Source: Balanoglossus misakiensis (lineage: Eukaryota > Animalia > Hemichordata). From it: a stretch of DNA of 64,000 bases. Of the stretch, positions 1 through 15,000 are shown piece after piece. Location: contig CM082579.2 in NCBI GenBank assembly GCA_040954595.2, positions 1,873,908 to 1,937,907 of the forward strand, given 5' to 3'. Under the pieces are notes generated by a model that was given only the letters and a program-made list of their open reading frames with translations, was not told where the DNA came from and searched no databases. The translations under genes and the position numbers were made by a program. How positions within the stretch are numbered: the stretch's first letter is position 1; each line of letters starts with the position of its first letter.

Positions 1-3000
1 ATTTTGAAAATTTGGTCATTTTTTGAAAAAACCATGGGTTATAGCTCAGGAAAATCGTGAAAAATCGACGATTTTTGGAGTTTGCGAATTTTGAAAATTT
101 GGTCATTTTTTGAAAAAACCATGGGTTATAGCTCAGGAAAATCGTGAAAAATCGACGATTTTTGTAGTTTGCGAATTTTGAAAATTTGGTCATTTTTTGA
201 AAAAAACCATGGGTTATAGCTCAGGAAAATCGTGAAAAATCGACGATTTTTGGAGTTTGCGAATTTTGAAAATTTGGTCATTTTTTGAAAAAACCATGGG
301 TTATAGCTCAGGAAAATCGTGAAAAATCGACGATTTTTGGAGTTTGCGAATTTTGAAAATTTGGTCATTTTTTGAAAAAACCATGGGTTATAGCTCAGGA
401 AAATCGTGAAAAATCGACGATTTTTGGAGTTTGCGAATTTTGAAAATTTGGTCATTTTTTGAAAAAACCATGGGTTATAGCTCAGGAAAATCGTGAAAAA
501 TCGACGATTTTTGGAGTTTGCGAATTTTGAAAATTTGGTCATTTTTTGAAAAAACCATGGGTTATAGCTCAGGAAAATCGTGAAAAATCGACGATTTTTG
601 GAGTTTGCGAATTTTGAAAATTTGGTCATTTTTTGAAAAAACCATGGGTTATAGCTCAGGAAAATCGTGAAAAATCGACGATTTTTGGAGTTTGCGAATT
701 TTGAAAATTTGGTCATTTTTTGAAAAAACCATGGGTTATAGCTCAGGAAAATCGTGAAAAATCGACGATTTTTGTAGTTTGCGAATTTTGAAAATTTGGT
801 CATTTTTTGAAAAAAACCATGGGTTATAGCTCAGGAAAATCGTGAAAAATCGACGATTTTTGGAGTTTGCGAATTTTGAAAATTTGGTCATTTTTTGAAA
901 AAACCATGGGTTATAGCTCAGGAAAATCGTGAAAAATCGACGATTTTTGGAGTTTGCGAATTTTGAAAATTTGGTCATTTTTTGAAAAAACCATGGGTTA
1001 TAGCTCAGGAAAATCGTGAAAAATCGACGATTTTTGGAGTTTGCGAATTTTGAAAATTTGGTCATTTTTTGAAAAAACCATGGGTTATAGCTCAGGAAAA
1101 TCGTGAAAAATCGACGATTTTTGGAGTTTGCGAATTTTGAAAATTTGGTCATTTTTTGAAAAAACCATGGGTTATAGCTCAGGAAAATCGTGAAAAATCG
1201 ACGATTTTTGGAGTTTGCGAATTTTGAAAATTTGGTCATTTTTTGAAAAAACCATGGGTTATAGCTCAGGAAAATCGTGAAAAATCGACGATTTTTGGAG
1301 TTTGCGAATTTTGAAAATTTGGTCATTTTTTGAAAAAACCATGGGTTATAGCTCAGGAAAATCGTGAAAAATCGACGATTTTTGCAGTTTGCGAATTTTG
1401 AAAATTTGGTCATTTTTTGAAAAAACCATGGGTTATAGCTCAGGAAAATCGTGAAAAATCGACGATTTTTGCAGTTTGCGAATTTTGAAAATTTGGTCAT
1501 TTTTTGAAAAAAACCATGGGTTATAGCTCAGGAAAATCGTGAAAAATCGACGATTTTTGGAGTTTGCGAATTTTGAAAATTTGGTCATTTTTTGAAAAAA
1601 CCATGGGTTATAGCTCAGGAAAATCGTGAAAAATCGACGATTTTTGGAGTTTGCGAATTTTGAAAATTTGGTCATTTTTTGAAAAAACCATGGGTTATAG
1701 CTCAGGAAAATCGTGAAAAATCGACGATTTTTGGAGTTTGCGAATTTTGAAAATTTGGTCATTTTTTGAAAAAACCATGGGTTATAGCTCAGGAAAATCG
1801 TGAAAAATCGACGATTTTTGGAGTTTGCGAATTTTGAAAATTTGGTCATTTTTTGAAAAAACCATGGGTTATAGCTCAGGAAAATCGTGAAAAATCGACG
1901 ATTTTTGCAGTTTGCGAATTTTGAAAATTTGGTCATTTTTTGAAAAAACCATGGGTTATAGCTCAGGAAAATCGTGAAAAATTGACGATTTTTGCAGTTT
2001 GCGAATTTTGAAATTTGGTCATTTTTTGAAAAAACCATGGGTTATAGCTCAGGAAAATCGTGAAAAATCGACGATTTTTAGAGTTTGCGAATTTTGGAAA
2101 TTTGGTCATTCTTTGAAAAAACCATGGGTTATAGCTCAGGAAAATCGTGAAAAATCGACGATTTTTGGAGTTTGCGAATTTTGGAAATTTGGTCATTTTT
2201 TGAAAAAACCATGGGTTATAGCTCAGGAAAATCGTGAAAAATCGACGATTTTTGGAGTTTGCGAATTTTGGAAATTTGGTCATTTTTTGAAAAAACCATG
2301 GGTTATAGCTCAGGAAAATAGTGAAAAATCGACGATTTTTGGAGTTTGCGAATTTTGAAAATTTGGTCATTTTTTGAAAAAACCATGGGTTATAGCTCAG
2401 GAAAATCGTGAAAAATCGACGATTTTTGCAGTTTGCGAATTTTGAAAATTTGGTCATTTTTTGAAAAAACCATGGGTTATAGCTCAGGAAAATCGTGAAA
2501 AATTGACGATTTTTGCAGTTTGCGAATTTTGAAAATTTGGTCATTTTTTGAAAAAACCATGGGTTATAGCTCAGGAAAACCTTCAAAAATCGACGATTTT
2601 TCGAGTTTGCGAATTTTGAAAATTTGGTCATTTTTTGAAAAAACCATGGGTTATAGCTCAGGAAAACCTTCAAAAATCGACGATTTTTCGAGTTTGCGAA
2701 TTTTGAAAATTTGGTCATTTTTTGAAAAAACCATGGGTTATAGCTCAGGAAAATCGTGAAAAATCGACGATTTTTGGAGTTTGCGAATTTTGGAAATTTG
2801 GTCATTTTTTGAAAAAACCATGGGTTATAGCTCAGGAAAATCGTGAAAAATCGACGATTTTTGGAGTTTGCGAATTTTGGAAATTTGGTCATTTTTTGAA
2901 AAAACCATGGGTTATAGCTCAGGAAAATCGTGAAAAATCGACGATTTTTGGAGTTTGCGAATTTTGGAAATTTGGTCATTTTTTGAAAAAACCATGGGTT

Positions 3001-6000
3001 ATAGCTCAGGAAAATCGTGAAAAATCGACGATTTTTGGAGTTTGCGAATTTTGGAAATTTGGTCATTTTTTGAAAAAACCATGGGTTATAGCTCAGGAAA
3101 ATCGTGAAAAATCAACGATTTTTGGAGTTTGCGAATTTTGAAAAATTTGGTCATTTTTTGAAAAACCATGGGTTATAGCTCAGGAAAATCGTGAAAAATC
3201 GACGATTTTTGGAGTTTGCGAATTTTGAAAATTTGGTCATTTTTTGAAAAAACCATGGGTTATAGCTCAGGAAAATCGTGAAAATCGACGATTTTTGGAG
3301 TTTGCGAATTTTGAAAATTTGGTCATTTTTTGAAAAAACCATGGGTTATAGCTCAGGAAAATCGTGAAAAATCGACGATTTTTGGAGTTTGCGAATTTTG
3401 AAAATTTGGTCATTTTTTGAAAAAACCATGGGTTATAGCTCAGGAAAATCGTGAAAAATCGACGATTTTTGGAGTTTGCGAATTTTGGAAATTTGGTCAT
3501 TTTTTGAAAAAACCATGGGTTATAGCTCAGGAAAATCGTGAAAAATCGACGATTTTTGGAGTTTGCGAATTTTGGAAATTTGGTCATTTTTTTGAAAAAA
3601 CCATGGGTTATAGCTCAGGAAAATCGTGAAAAATCGACGATTTTTGGAGTTTGCGAATTTTGGAAATTTGGTCATTTTTTGAAAAAACCATGGGTTATAG
3701 CTCAGGAAAATCGTGAAAAATCGACGATTTTTGGAGTTTGCGAATTTTGAAAATTTGGTCATTTTTTGAAAAAACCATGGGTTATAGCTCAGGAAAATCG
3801 TGAAAAATCGACGATTTTTGGAGTTTGCGAATTTTGAAAATTTGGTCATTTTTTGAAAAAACCATGGGTTATAGCTCAGGAAAATCGTGAAAAATCGACG
3901 ATTTTTGGAGTTTGCGAATTTTCGAAATTTGGTCATTTTTTGAAAAAACCATGGGTTATAGCTCAGGAAAATCGTGAAAAATCGACGATTTTTGGAGTTT
4001 GCGAATTTTCGAAATTTGGTCATTTTTTGAAAAAACCATGGGTTATAGCTCAGGAAAATCGTGAAAAATCGACGATTTTTGGAGTTTGCGAATTTTGAAA
4101 ATTTGGTCATTTTTTGAAAAAACCATGGGTTATAGCTCAGGAAAATCGTGAAAAATCGACGATTTTTGGAGTTTGCGAATTTTCGAAATTTGGTCATTTT
4201 TTGAAAAAACCATGGGTTATAGCTCAGGAAAATCGTGAAAAATCGACGATTTTTGGAGTTTGCGAATTTTCGAAATTTGGTCATTTTTTGAAAAAACCAT
4301 GGGTTATAGCTCAGGAAAATCGTGAAAAATCGACGATTTTTGGAGTTTGCGAATTTTCGAAATTTGGTCATTTTTTGAAAAAACCATGGGTTATAGCTCA
4401 GGAAAATCGTGAAAAATCGACGATTTTTGGAGTTTGCGAATTTTGAAAATTTGGTCATTTTTTGAAAAAACCATGGGTTATAGCTCAGGAAAATCGTGAA
4501 AAATCGACGATTTTTGGATGTTTGCGAATTTTGGAAATTTGGTCATTTTTTGAAAAAACCATGGGTTATAGCTCAGGAAAATCGTGAAAAATCGACGATT
4601 TTTGGAGTTTGCGAATTTTGGAAATTTGGTCATTTTTTGAAAAAACCATGGGTTATAGCTCAGAAAATCGTGAAAAATCGACGATTTTTGGAGTTTGCGA
4701 ATTTTGGAAATTTGGTCATTTTTTGAAAAAACCATGGGTTATAGCTCAGGAAAATCGTGAAAAATCGACGATTTTTGGAGTTTGCGAATTTTGGAAATTT
4801 GGTCATTTTTTGAAAAAACCATGGGTTATAGCTCAGGAAAATCGTTGAAAAATCGACGATTTTTGGAGTTTACGAATTTTGGAAATTTGGTCATTTTTTG
4901 AAAAAACCATGGGTTATAGCTCAGGAAAATCGTGAAAAATCGACGATTTTTGGAGTTTGCGAATTTTGGAAATTTGGTCATTTTTTGAAAAAACCATGGG
5001 TTATAGCTCAGGAAAATCGTGAAAATCGACGATTTTTTGGAGTTTGCGAATTTTGGAAATTTGGTCATTCTTTTGAAAAAACCATGGGTTATAGCTCAGG
5101 AAAATCGTGAAAAATCGACGATTTTTGGAGTTTGCGAATTTTGGAAATTTGGTCATTTTTTGAAAAAACCATGGGTTATAGCTCAGGAAAATCGTGAAAA
5201 ATCGACGATTTTTGGAGTTTGCGAATTTTGAAAATTTGGTCATTTTTTGAAAAAACCATGGGTTATAGCTCAGGAAAATCGTGAAAAATCGACGATTTTT
5301 GGAGTTTGCGAATTTTTGGAAATTTGGTCATTTTTTGAAAAAACCATGGGTTATAGCTCAGGAAAATCGTGAAAAATCGACGATTTTTGGAGTTTGCGAA
5401 TTTTCGAAATTTGGTCATTTTTTGAAAAAACCATGGGTTATAGCTCAGGAAAATCGTGAAAAATCGACGATTTTTGGAGTTTGCGAATTTTCGAAATTTG
5501 GTCATTTTTTGAAAAAACCATGGGTTATAGCTCAGGAAAATCGTGAAAAATCGACGATTTTTGGAGTTTGCGAATTTTGAAAATTTGGTCATTTTTTGAA
5601 AAAACCATGGGTTATAGCTCAGGAAAATCGTGAAAAATCGACGATTTTTGGAGTTTGCGAATTTTGGAAAATTTGGTCATTTTTTGAAAAAACCATGGGT
5701 TATAGCTCAGGAAAATCGTGAAAAATCGACGATTTTTGGAGTTTGCGAATTTTGGAAATTTGGTCATTTTTGAAAAAACCATGGGTTATAGCTCAGGAAA
5801 ATCGTGAAAAATCGACGATTTTTGGAGTTTGCGAATTTTGGAAATTTGGTCATTTTTTGAAAAAACCATGGGTTATAGCTCAGGAAAATCGTGAAAAATC
5901 GACGATTTTTGGAGTTTGCGAATTTTGGAAATTTGGTCATTTTTTGAAAAAACCATGGGTTATAGCTCAGGAAAATCGTGAAAAATCGACGATTTTTGGA

Positions 6001-9000
6001 GTTTAGCGAATTTTGGAAATTTGGTCATTTTTTGAAAAAACCATGGGTTATAGCTCAGGAAAATCGTGAAAAATCGACGATTTTTGGAGTTTGCGAATTT
6101 TGGAAATTTGGTCATTTTTTGAAAAAACCATGGGTTATAGCTCAGGAAAATCGTGAAAAATCGACGATTTTTGGAGTTTGCGAATTTTGGAAATTTGGTC
6201 ATTCTTTGAAAAAACCATGGGTTATAGCTCAGGAAAATCGTGAAAAATCGACGATTTTTGGAGTTTGCGAATTTTGGAAATTTGGTCATTTTTTGAAAAA
6301 ACCATGGGTTATAGCTCAGGAAAATCGTGAAAAATCGACGATTTTTGGAGTTTGCGAATTTTGAAAATTTGGTCATTTTTTGAAAAAACCATGGGTTATA
6401 GCTCAGGAAAATCGTGAAAAATCGACGATTTTTGGAGTTTGCGAATTTTGGAAAATTTGGTCATTTTTTGAAAAACCATGGGTTATAGCTCAGGAAAATC
6501 GTGAAAAATCGACGATTTTTGGAGTTTGCGAATTTTGAAATTTGGTCATTTTTTGAAAAAACCATGGGTTATAGCTCAGGAAAATCGTGAAAAATCGACG
6601 ATTTTTGGAGTTTGCGAATTTTCGAAATTTGGTCATTTTTTGAAAAAACCATGGGTTATAGCTCAGGAAAATCGTGAAAAATCGACGATTTTTGGAGTTT
6701 GCGAATTTTCGAAATTTGGTCATTTTTTGAAAAAACCATGGGTTATAGCTCAGGAAAATCGTGAAAAATCGACGATTTTTGGAGTTTGCGAATTTTCGAA
6801 ATTTGGTCATTTTTTGAAAAAACCATGGGTTATAGCTCAGGAAAATCGTGAAAAATCGACGATTTTTGGAGTTTGCGAATTTTGGAAATTTGGTCATTTT
6901 TTGAAAAAAACCATGGGTTATAGCTCAGGAAAATCGTGAAAAATCGACGATTTTTGGAGTTTGCGAATTTTGGAAATTTGGTCATTTTTTGAAAAAACCA
7001 TGGGTTATAGCTCAGGAAAATCGTGAAAATCGACGATTTTTGGAGTTTGCGAATTTTGGAAATTTGGTCATTTTTTGAAAAAACCATGGGTTATAGCTCA
7101 GGAAAATCGTGAAAAATCGACGATTTTTGGAGTTTGCGAATTTTGGAAATTTGGTCATTTTTTGAAAAAACCATGGGTTATAGCTCAGGAAAATCGTGAA
7201 AAATCGACGATTTTGGAGTTTGCGAATTTTGGAAATTTGGTCATTTTTTGAAAAAACCATGGGTTATAGCTCAGGAAAATCGTGAAAAATCGACGATTTT
7301 TGGAGTTTGCGAATTTTGGAAATTTGGTCATTTTTGAAAAAACCATGGGTTATAGCTCAGGAAAATCGTGAAAAATCGACGATTTTTGGAGTTTGCGAAT
7401 TTTGGAAATTTGGTCATTTTTGAAAAAAACCATGGGTTATAGCTCAGGAAAATCGTGAAAAATCGACGATTTTTGGAGTTTGCGAATTTTGGAAATTTGG
7501 TCATTTTTGAAAAAACCATGGGTTATAGCTCAGGAAAATCGTGAAAAATCGACGATTTTTGGAGTTTGCGAATTTTGGAAATTTGGTCATTTTTTGAAAA
7601 AACCATGGGTTATAGCTCAGGAAAATCGTGAAAAATCGACGATTTTTGGAGTTTGCGAATTTTGGATATTTGGTCATTTTTTGAAAAAACCATGGGTTAT
7701 AGCTCAGGAAAATCGTGAAAAATCGACGATTTTTGGAGTTTGCGAATTTTGGAAATTTGGTCATTTTTTGAAAAAACCATGGGTTATAGCTCAGGAAAAT
7801 CGTGAAAAATCGACGATTTTTGGAGTTTGCGAATTTTGGAAATTTGGTCATTTTTTGAAAAAACCATGGGTTATAGCTCAGGAAAATCGTGAAAAATCGA
7901 CGATTTTTGGAGTTTGCGAATTTTGGAAATTTGGTCATTTTTTGAAAAAACCATGGGTTATAGCTCAGGAAAATCGTGAAAAATCGACGATTTTTGGAGT
8001 TTGCGAATTTTGGAAAATTTGGTCATTTTTTGAAAAAACCATGGGTTATAGCTCAGGAAAATCGTGAAAAATCGACGATTTTTGGAGTTTGCGAATTTTG
8101 GAAATTTGGTCATTTTTTGAAAAAACCATGGGTTATAGCTCAGGAAAATCGTGAAAAATCGACGATTTTTGGAGTTTGCGAATTTTGGAAATTTGGTCAT
8201 TTTTTGAAAAAACCATGGGTTATAGCTCAGGAAAATCGTGAAAAATCGACGATTTTTGGAGTTTGCGAATTTTGAAAATTTGGTCATTTTTTGAAAAACC
8301 ATGGGTTATAGCTCAGGAAAATAGTGAAAAATCGACGATTTTTGGAGTTTGCGAATTTTGAAAATTTGGTCATTTTTTGAAAAAACCATGGGTTATAGCT
8401 CAGGAAAATCGTGAAAAATCGACGATTTTTGGAGTTTGCGAATTTTGAAAATTTGGTCATTTTTTGAAAAAACCATGGGTTATAGCTCAGGAAAATCGTG
8501 AAAAATCTACGATTTTTGGAGTTTGCGAATTTTGAAATTTGGTCATTTTTTGAAAAAACCATGGGTTATAGCTCAGGAAAATCGTGAAAAATCGACGATT
8601 TTTGGAGTTTGCGAATTTTTCGAAATTTGGTCATTTTTTGAAAAAAACCATGGGTTATAGCTCAGGAAAATCGTGAAAAATCGACGATTTTTGGAGTTTG
8701 CGAATTTTGAAAATTTGGTCATTTTTTGAAAAACCATGGTTATAGCTCAGGAAAATCGTGAAAAATCGACGATTTTGGAGTTTGCGAATTTTCGAAATTT
8801 GGTCATTTTTTGAAAAAACCATGGGTTATAGCTCAGGAAAATCGTGAAAAATCGACGATTTTTGGAGTTTGCGAATTTTCGAAATTTGGTCAATTTTTGA
8901 AAAAACCATGGGTTATAGCTCAGGAAAATCGTGAAAAATCGACGATTTTTGGAGTTTGCGAATTTTGGAAATTTGGTCATTTTTTGAAAAAACCATGGGT

Positions 9001-12000
9001 TATAGCTCAGGAAAATCGTGAAAAATCGACGATTTTTGGAGTTTGCGAATTTTGAAATTTGGTCATTTTTTGAAAAAACCATGGGTTATAGCTCAGGAAA
9101 ATCGTGAAAAATCGACGATTTTTGGAGTTTGCGAATTTTGGAAATTTGGTCATTTTTTGAAAAAACCATGGGTTATAGCTCAGGAAAATCGTGAAAAATC
9201 GACGATTTTTGGAGTTTGCGAATTTTGGAAATTTGGTCATTTTTTGAAAAAACCATGGTTTATAGCTCAGGAAAATCGTGAAAAATCGACGATTTTTGGA
9301 GTTTGCGAATTTTGGAAATTTGGTCATTTTTTGAAAAAACCATGGGTTATAGCTCAGGAAAATCGTGAAAAATCGACGATTTTTGGAGTTTGCGAATTTT
9401 GGAAATTTGGTCATTTTTTGAAAAAACCATGGGTTATAGCTCAGGAAAATCGTGAAAAATCGACGATTTTTGGAGTTTGCGAATTTTCGAAATTTGGTCA
9501 TTTTTTGAAAAAACCATGGGTTATAGCTCAGGAAAATCGTGAAAAATCGACGATTTTTGGAGTTTGCGAATTTTGGAAAATTTGGTCATTTTTTGAAAAA
9601 ACCATGGGTTATAGCTCAGGAAAATCGTGAAAAATCGACGATTTTTGGAGTTTGCGAATTTTGGAAATTTGGTCATTTTTTGAAAAAACCATGGGTTATA
9701 GCTCAGGAAAATCGTGAAAAATCGACGATTTTTGGAGTTTGCGAATTTTGGAAATTTGGTCATTTTTTGAAAAAACCATGGGTTATAGCTCAGGAAAATC
9801 GTGAAAAATCGACGATTTTTGGAGTTTGCGAATTTTGGAAATTTGGTCATTTTTTGAAAAAACCATGGGTTATAGCTCAGGAAAATCGTGAAAAATCGAC
9901 GATTTTTGGAGTTTGCGAATTTTGGAAATTTGGTCATTTTTTGAAAAAACCATGGGTTATAGCTCAGGAAAATCGTGAAAAATCGACGATTTTTGGAGTT
10001 TGCGAATTTTGGAAATTTGGTCATTTTTTGAAAAAACCATGGGTTATAGCTCAGGAAAATCGTGAAAAATCGACGATTTTTGGAGTTTGCGAATTTTGGA
10101 AATTTGGTCATTTTTTGAAAAAACCATGGGTTATAGCTCAGGAAAATCGTGAAAAATCGACGATTTTTGGAGTTTGCGAATTTTGGAAATTTGGTCATTT
10201 TTTGAAAAAACCATGGGTTATAGCTCAGGAAAATCGTGAAAAATCGACGATTTTTGGAGTTTGCGAATTTTGGAAATTTGGTCATTTTTTGAAAAAACCA
10301 TGGGTTATAGCTCAGGAAAATCGTGAAAAATCGACGATTTTTGGAGTTTGCGAATTTTGGAAATTTGGTCATTTTTTGAAAAAACCATGGGTTATAGCTC
10401 AGGAAAATCGTGAAAAATCGACGATTTTTGGAGTTTGCGAATTTTGGAAAATTTGGTCATTTTTTGAAAAACCATGGGTTATAGCTCAGGAAAATCGTGA
10501 AAAATCGACGATTTTTGGAGTTTGCGAATTTTGGAAATTTGGTCATTTTTGAAAAAACCATGGGTTATAGCTCAGGAAAATCGTGAAAAATCGACGATTT
10601 TTGGAGTTTGCGAATTTTGAAATTTGGTCATTTTTTGAAAAAACCATGGGTTATAGCTCAGGAAAATCGTGAAAATCGACGATTTTTGGAGTTTGCGAAT
10701 TTTGGAAATTTGGTCATTTTTTGAAAAAACCATGGGTTATAGCTCAGGAAAATCGTGAAAAATCGACGATTTTTGGAGTTTGCGAATTTTGGAAATTTGG
10801 TCATTTTTTGAAAAACCATGGGTTATAGCTCAGGAAAATCGTGAAAAATCGACGATTTTTGGAGTTTGCGAATTTTTGGAAATTTGGTCATTTTTTGAAA
10901 AAACCATGGGTTATAGCTCAGGAAAATCGTGAAAAATCGACGATTTTTGGAGTTTGCGAATTTTGAAAATTTGGTCATTTTTTTGAAAAAACCATGGGTT
11001 ATAGCTCAGGAAAATCGTGAAAAATCGACGATTTTTGGAGTTTGCGAATTTTGAAAATTTGGTCATTTTTTGAAAAAACCATGGGTTATAGCTCAGGAAA
11101 ATCGTGAAAAATCGACGATTTTTGGAGTTTGCGAATTTTGGAAAATTTGGTCATTTTTTGAAAAAACCATGGGTTATAGCTCAGGAAAATCGTGAAAAAT
11201 CTACGATTTTTGGAGTTTGCGAATTTTGAAAATTTGGTCATTTTTTGAAAAAACCATGGGTTATAGCTCAGGAAAATCGTGAAAAATCGACGATTTTTGG
11301 AGTTTGCGAATTTTCGAAATTTGGTCATTTTTTGAAAAAACCATGGGTTATAGCTCAGGAAAATCGTGAAAAATCGACGATTTTTGGAGTTTGCGAATTT
11401 TGAAAATTTGGTCATTTTTTGAAAAAACCATGGGTTATAGCTCAGGAAAATCGTGAAAAATCGACGATTTTTGGAGTTTGCGAATTTTCGAAATTTGGTC
11501 ATTTTTTGAAAAAACCATGGGTTATAGCTCAGGAAAATCGTGAAAAATCGACGATTTTTGGAGTTTGCGAATTTTCGAAATTTGGTCATTTTTGAAAAAA
11601 CCATGGGTTATAGCTCAGGAAAATCGTGAAAAATCGACGATTTTTGGAGTTTGCGAATTTTGGAAATTTGGTCATTTTTTGAAAAAACCATGGGTTATAG
11701 CTCAGGAAAATCGTGAAAAATCGACGATTTTTGGAGTTTGCGAATTTTGGAAATTTGGTCATTTTTTGAAAAAACCATGGGTTATAGCTCAGGAAAATCG
11801 TGAAAAATCGACGATTTTTGGAGTTTGCGAATTTTGGAAATTTGGTCATTTTTTGAAAAAACCATGGGTTATAGCTCAGGAAAATCGTGAAAAATCGACG
11901 ATTTTTGGAGTTTGCGAATTTTGGAAATTTGGTCATTTTTTGAAAAAACCATGGGTTATAGCTCAGGAAAATCGTGAAAAATCGACGATTTTTGGAGTTT

Positions 12001-15000
12001 GCGAATTTTGGAAATTTGGTCATTTTTTGAAAAAACCATGGGTTATAGCTCAGGAAAATCGTGAAAAATCGACGATTTTTGGAGTTTGCGAATTTTGGAA
12101 ATTTGGTCATTTTTTGAAAAAACCATGGGTTATAGCTCAGGAAAATCGTGAAAAATCGACGATTTTTGGAGTTTGCGAATTTTGGAAATTTGGTCATTTT
12201 TTGAAAAAACCATGGGTTATAGCTCAGGAAAATCGTGAAAAATCGACGATTTTTGGAGTTTGCGAATTTTGAAAATTTGGTCATTTTTTGAAAAAACCAT
12301 GGGTTATAGCTCAGGAAAATCGTGAAAAATCGACGATTTTTGGAGTTTGCGAATTTTGAAAATTTGGTCATTTTTTGAAAAAACCATGGGTTATAGCTCA
12401 GGAAAATCGTGAAAAATCGACGATTTTTGGAGTTTGCGAATTTTGAAAATTTGGTCATTTTTTGAAAAAACCATGGGTTATAGCTCAGGAAAATCGTGAA
12501 AAATCGACGATTTTTGGAGTTTGCGAATTTTGGAAATTTGGTCATTTTTTGAAAAAACCATGGGTTATAGCTCAGGAAAATCGTGAAAAATCGACGATTT
12601 TTGGAGTTTGCGAATTTTCGAAATTTGGTCATTTTTTGAAAAAACCATGGGTTATAGCTCAGGAAAATCGTGAAAAATCGACGATTTTTGGAGTTTGCGA
12701 ATTTTCGAAATTTGGTCATTTTTTGAAAAAACCATGGGTTATAGCTCAGGAAAATCGTGAAAAATCGACGATTTTTGGAGTTTGCGAATTTTGGAAATTT
12801 GGTCATTTTTTGAAAAAACCATGGGTTATAGCTCAGGAAAATCGTGAAAAATCGACGATTTTTGGAGTTTGCGAATTTTGGAAATTTGGTCATTTTTTGA
12901 AAAAACCATGGGTTATAGCTCAGGAAAATCGTGAAAAATCGACGATTTTTGGAGTTTGCGAATTTTGGAAATTTGGTCATTTTTTGAAAAAACCATGGGT
13001 TATAGCTCAGGAAAATCGTGAAAAATCGACGATTTTTGGAGTTTGCGAATTTTGGAAATTTGGTCATTTTTTGAAAAAACCATGGGTTATAGCTCAGGAA
13101 AATCGTGAAAAATCGACGATTTTTGGAGTTTGCGAATTTTGGAAATTTGGTCATTTTTTGAAAAAACCATGGGTTATAGCTCAGGAAAATCGTGAAAAAT
13201 CGACGATTTTTGGAGTTTGCGAATTTTGGAAATTTGGTCATTTTTTGAAAAAACCATGGGTTATAGCTCAGGAAAATCGTGAAAAATCGACGATTTTTGG
13301 AGTTTGCGAATTTTGGAAATTTGGTCATTTTTTGAAAAAACCATGGGTTATAGCTCAGGAAAATCGTGAAAAATCGACGATTTTTGGAGTTTGCGAATTT
13401 TGAAAATTTGGTCATTTTTTGAAAAAACCATGGGTTATAGCTCAGGAAAATCGTGAAAAATCGACGATTTTTGGAGTTTGCGAATTTTGAAAATTTGGTC
13501 ATTTTTTGAAAAAACCATGGGTTATAGCTCAGGAAAATCGTGAAAAATCGACGATTTTTGGAGTTTGCGAATTTTGAAAATTTGGTCATTTTTTGAAAAA
13601 ACCATGGGTTATAGCTCAGGAAAATCGTGAAAAATCGACGATTTTTGGAGTTTGCGAATTTTGGAAATTTGGTCATTTTTTGAAAAAACCATGGGTTATA
13701 GCTCAGGAAAATCGTGAAAAATCGACGATTTTTGGAGTTTGCGAATTTTGAAAATTTGGTCATTTTTTGAAAAAACCATGGGTTATAGCTCAGGAAAATC
13801 GTGAAAAATCGACGATTTTTGGAGTTTGCGAATTTTCGAAATTTGGTCATTTTTTGAAAAAACCATGGGTTATAGCTCAGGAAAATCGTGAAAAATCGAC
13901 GATTTTTGGAGTTTGCCAGGGGGGGGGGGGGTTGGAAAGATTTGGGTTGGAATTTGAAATTTTGGTTTTTTTGAAAAAACCATGGGTTATAGCTCAGGAA
14001 AATCGTGAAAGGGTACACATCTCTTGAAGATAAAACCATGGGTTATAGCTCAGGAAAATCGTGAAAATCGACGATTTTTGGAGTTTGCGAATTTTCGAAA
14101 TTTGGTCATTTTTTGAAAAAACCATGGGTTATAGCTCAGGAAAATCGTGAAAAATCGACGATTTTTGGAGTTTGCGAATTTTTGAAATTTGGTCATTTTT
14201 TGAAAAAACCATGGGTTATAGCTCAGGAAAATCGTGAAAAATCGACGATTTTTGGAGTTTGCGAATTTTGGAAATTTGGTCATTTTTTGAAAAAACCATG
14301 GGTTATAGCTCAGGAAAATCGTGAAAAATCGACGATTTTTGGAGTTTGCGAATTTTGGAAATTTGGTCATTTTTTGAAAAAACCATGGGTTATAGCTCAG
14401 GAAAATCGTGAAAAATCGACGATTTTTGGAGTTTGCGAATTTTGGAAATTTGGTCATTTTTTGAAAAAACCATGGGTTATAGCTCAGGAAAATCGTGAAA
14501 AATCGACGATTTTTGGAGTTTGCGAATTTTGGAAATTTGGTCATTTTTTGAAAAAACCATGGGTTATAGCTCAGGAAAATCGTGAAAAATCGACGATTTT
14601 TGGAGTTTGCGAATTTTGGAAATTTGGTCATTTTTTGAAAAAACCATGGGTTATAGCTCAGGAAAATCGTGAAAAATCGACGATTTTTGGAGTTTGCGAA
14701 TTTTGGAAAATTTGGTCATTTTTTGAAAAAACCATGGGTTATAGCTCAGGAAAATCGTGAAAAATCGACGATTTTTGGAGTTTGCGAATTTTGGAAATTT
14801 GGTCATTTTTTGAAAAAACCATGGGTTATAGCTCAGGAAAATCGTGAAAAATCGACGATTTTTGGAGTTTGCGAATTTTGGAAATTTGGTCATTTTTTGA
14901 AAAAACCATGGGTTATAGCTCAGGAAAATCGTGAAAAATCGACGATTTTTGGAGTTTGCGAATTTTGGAAATTTGGTCATTTTTTGAAAAAACCATGGGT

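Noticed and set aside
3100-11600. High density of single-base indels among monomers as biological variation
   Set aside because: They are almost all +/-1 changes in homopolymers and mostly non-recurrent, as expected from low-coverage long-read consensus error.
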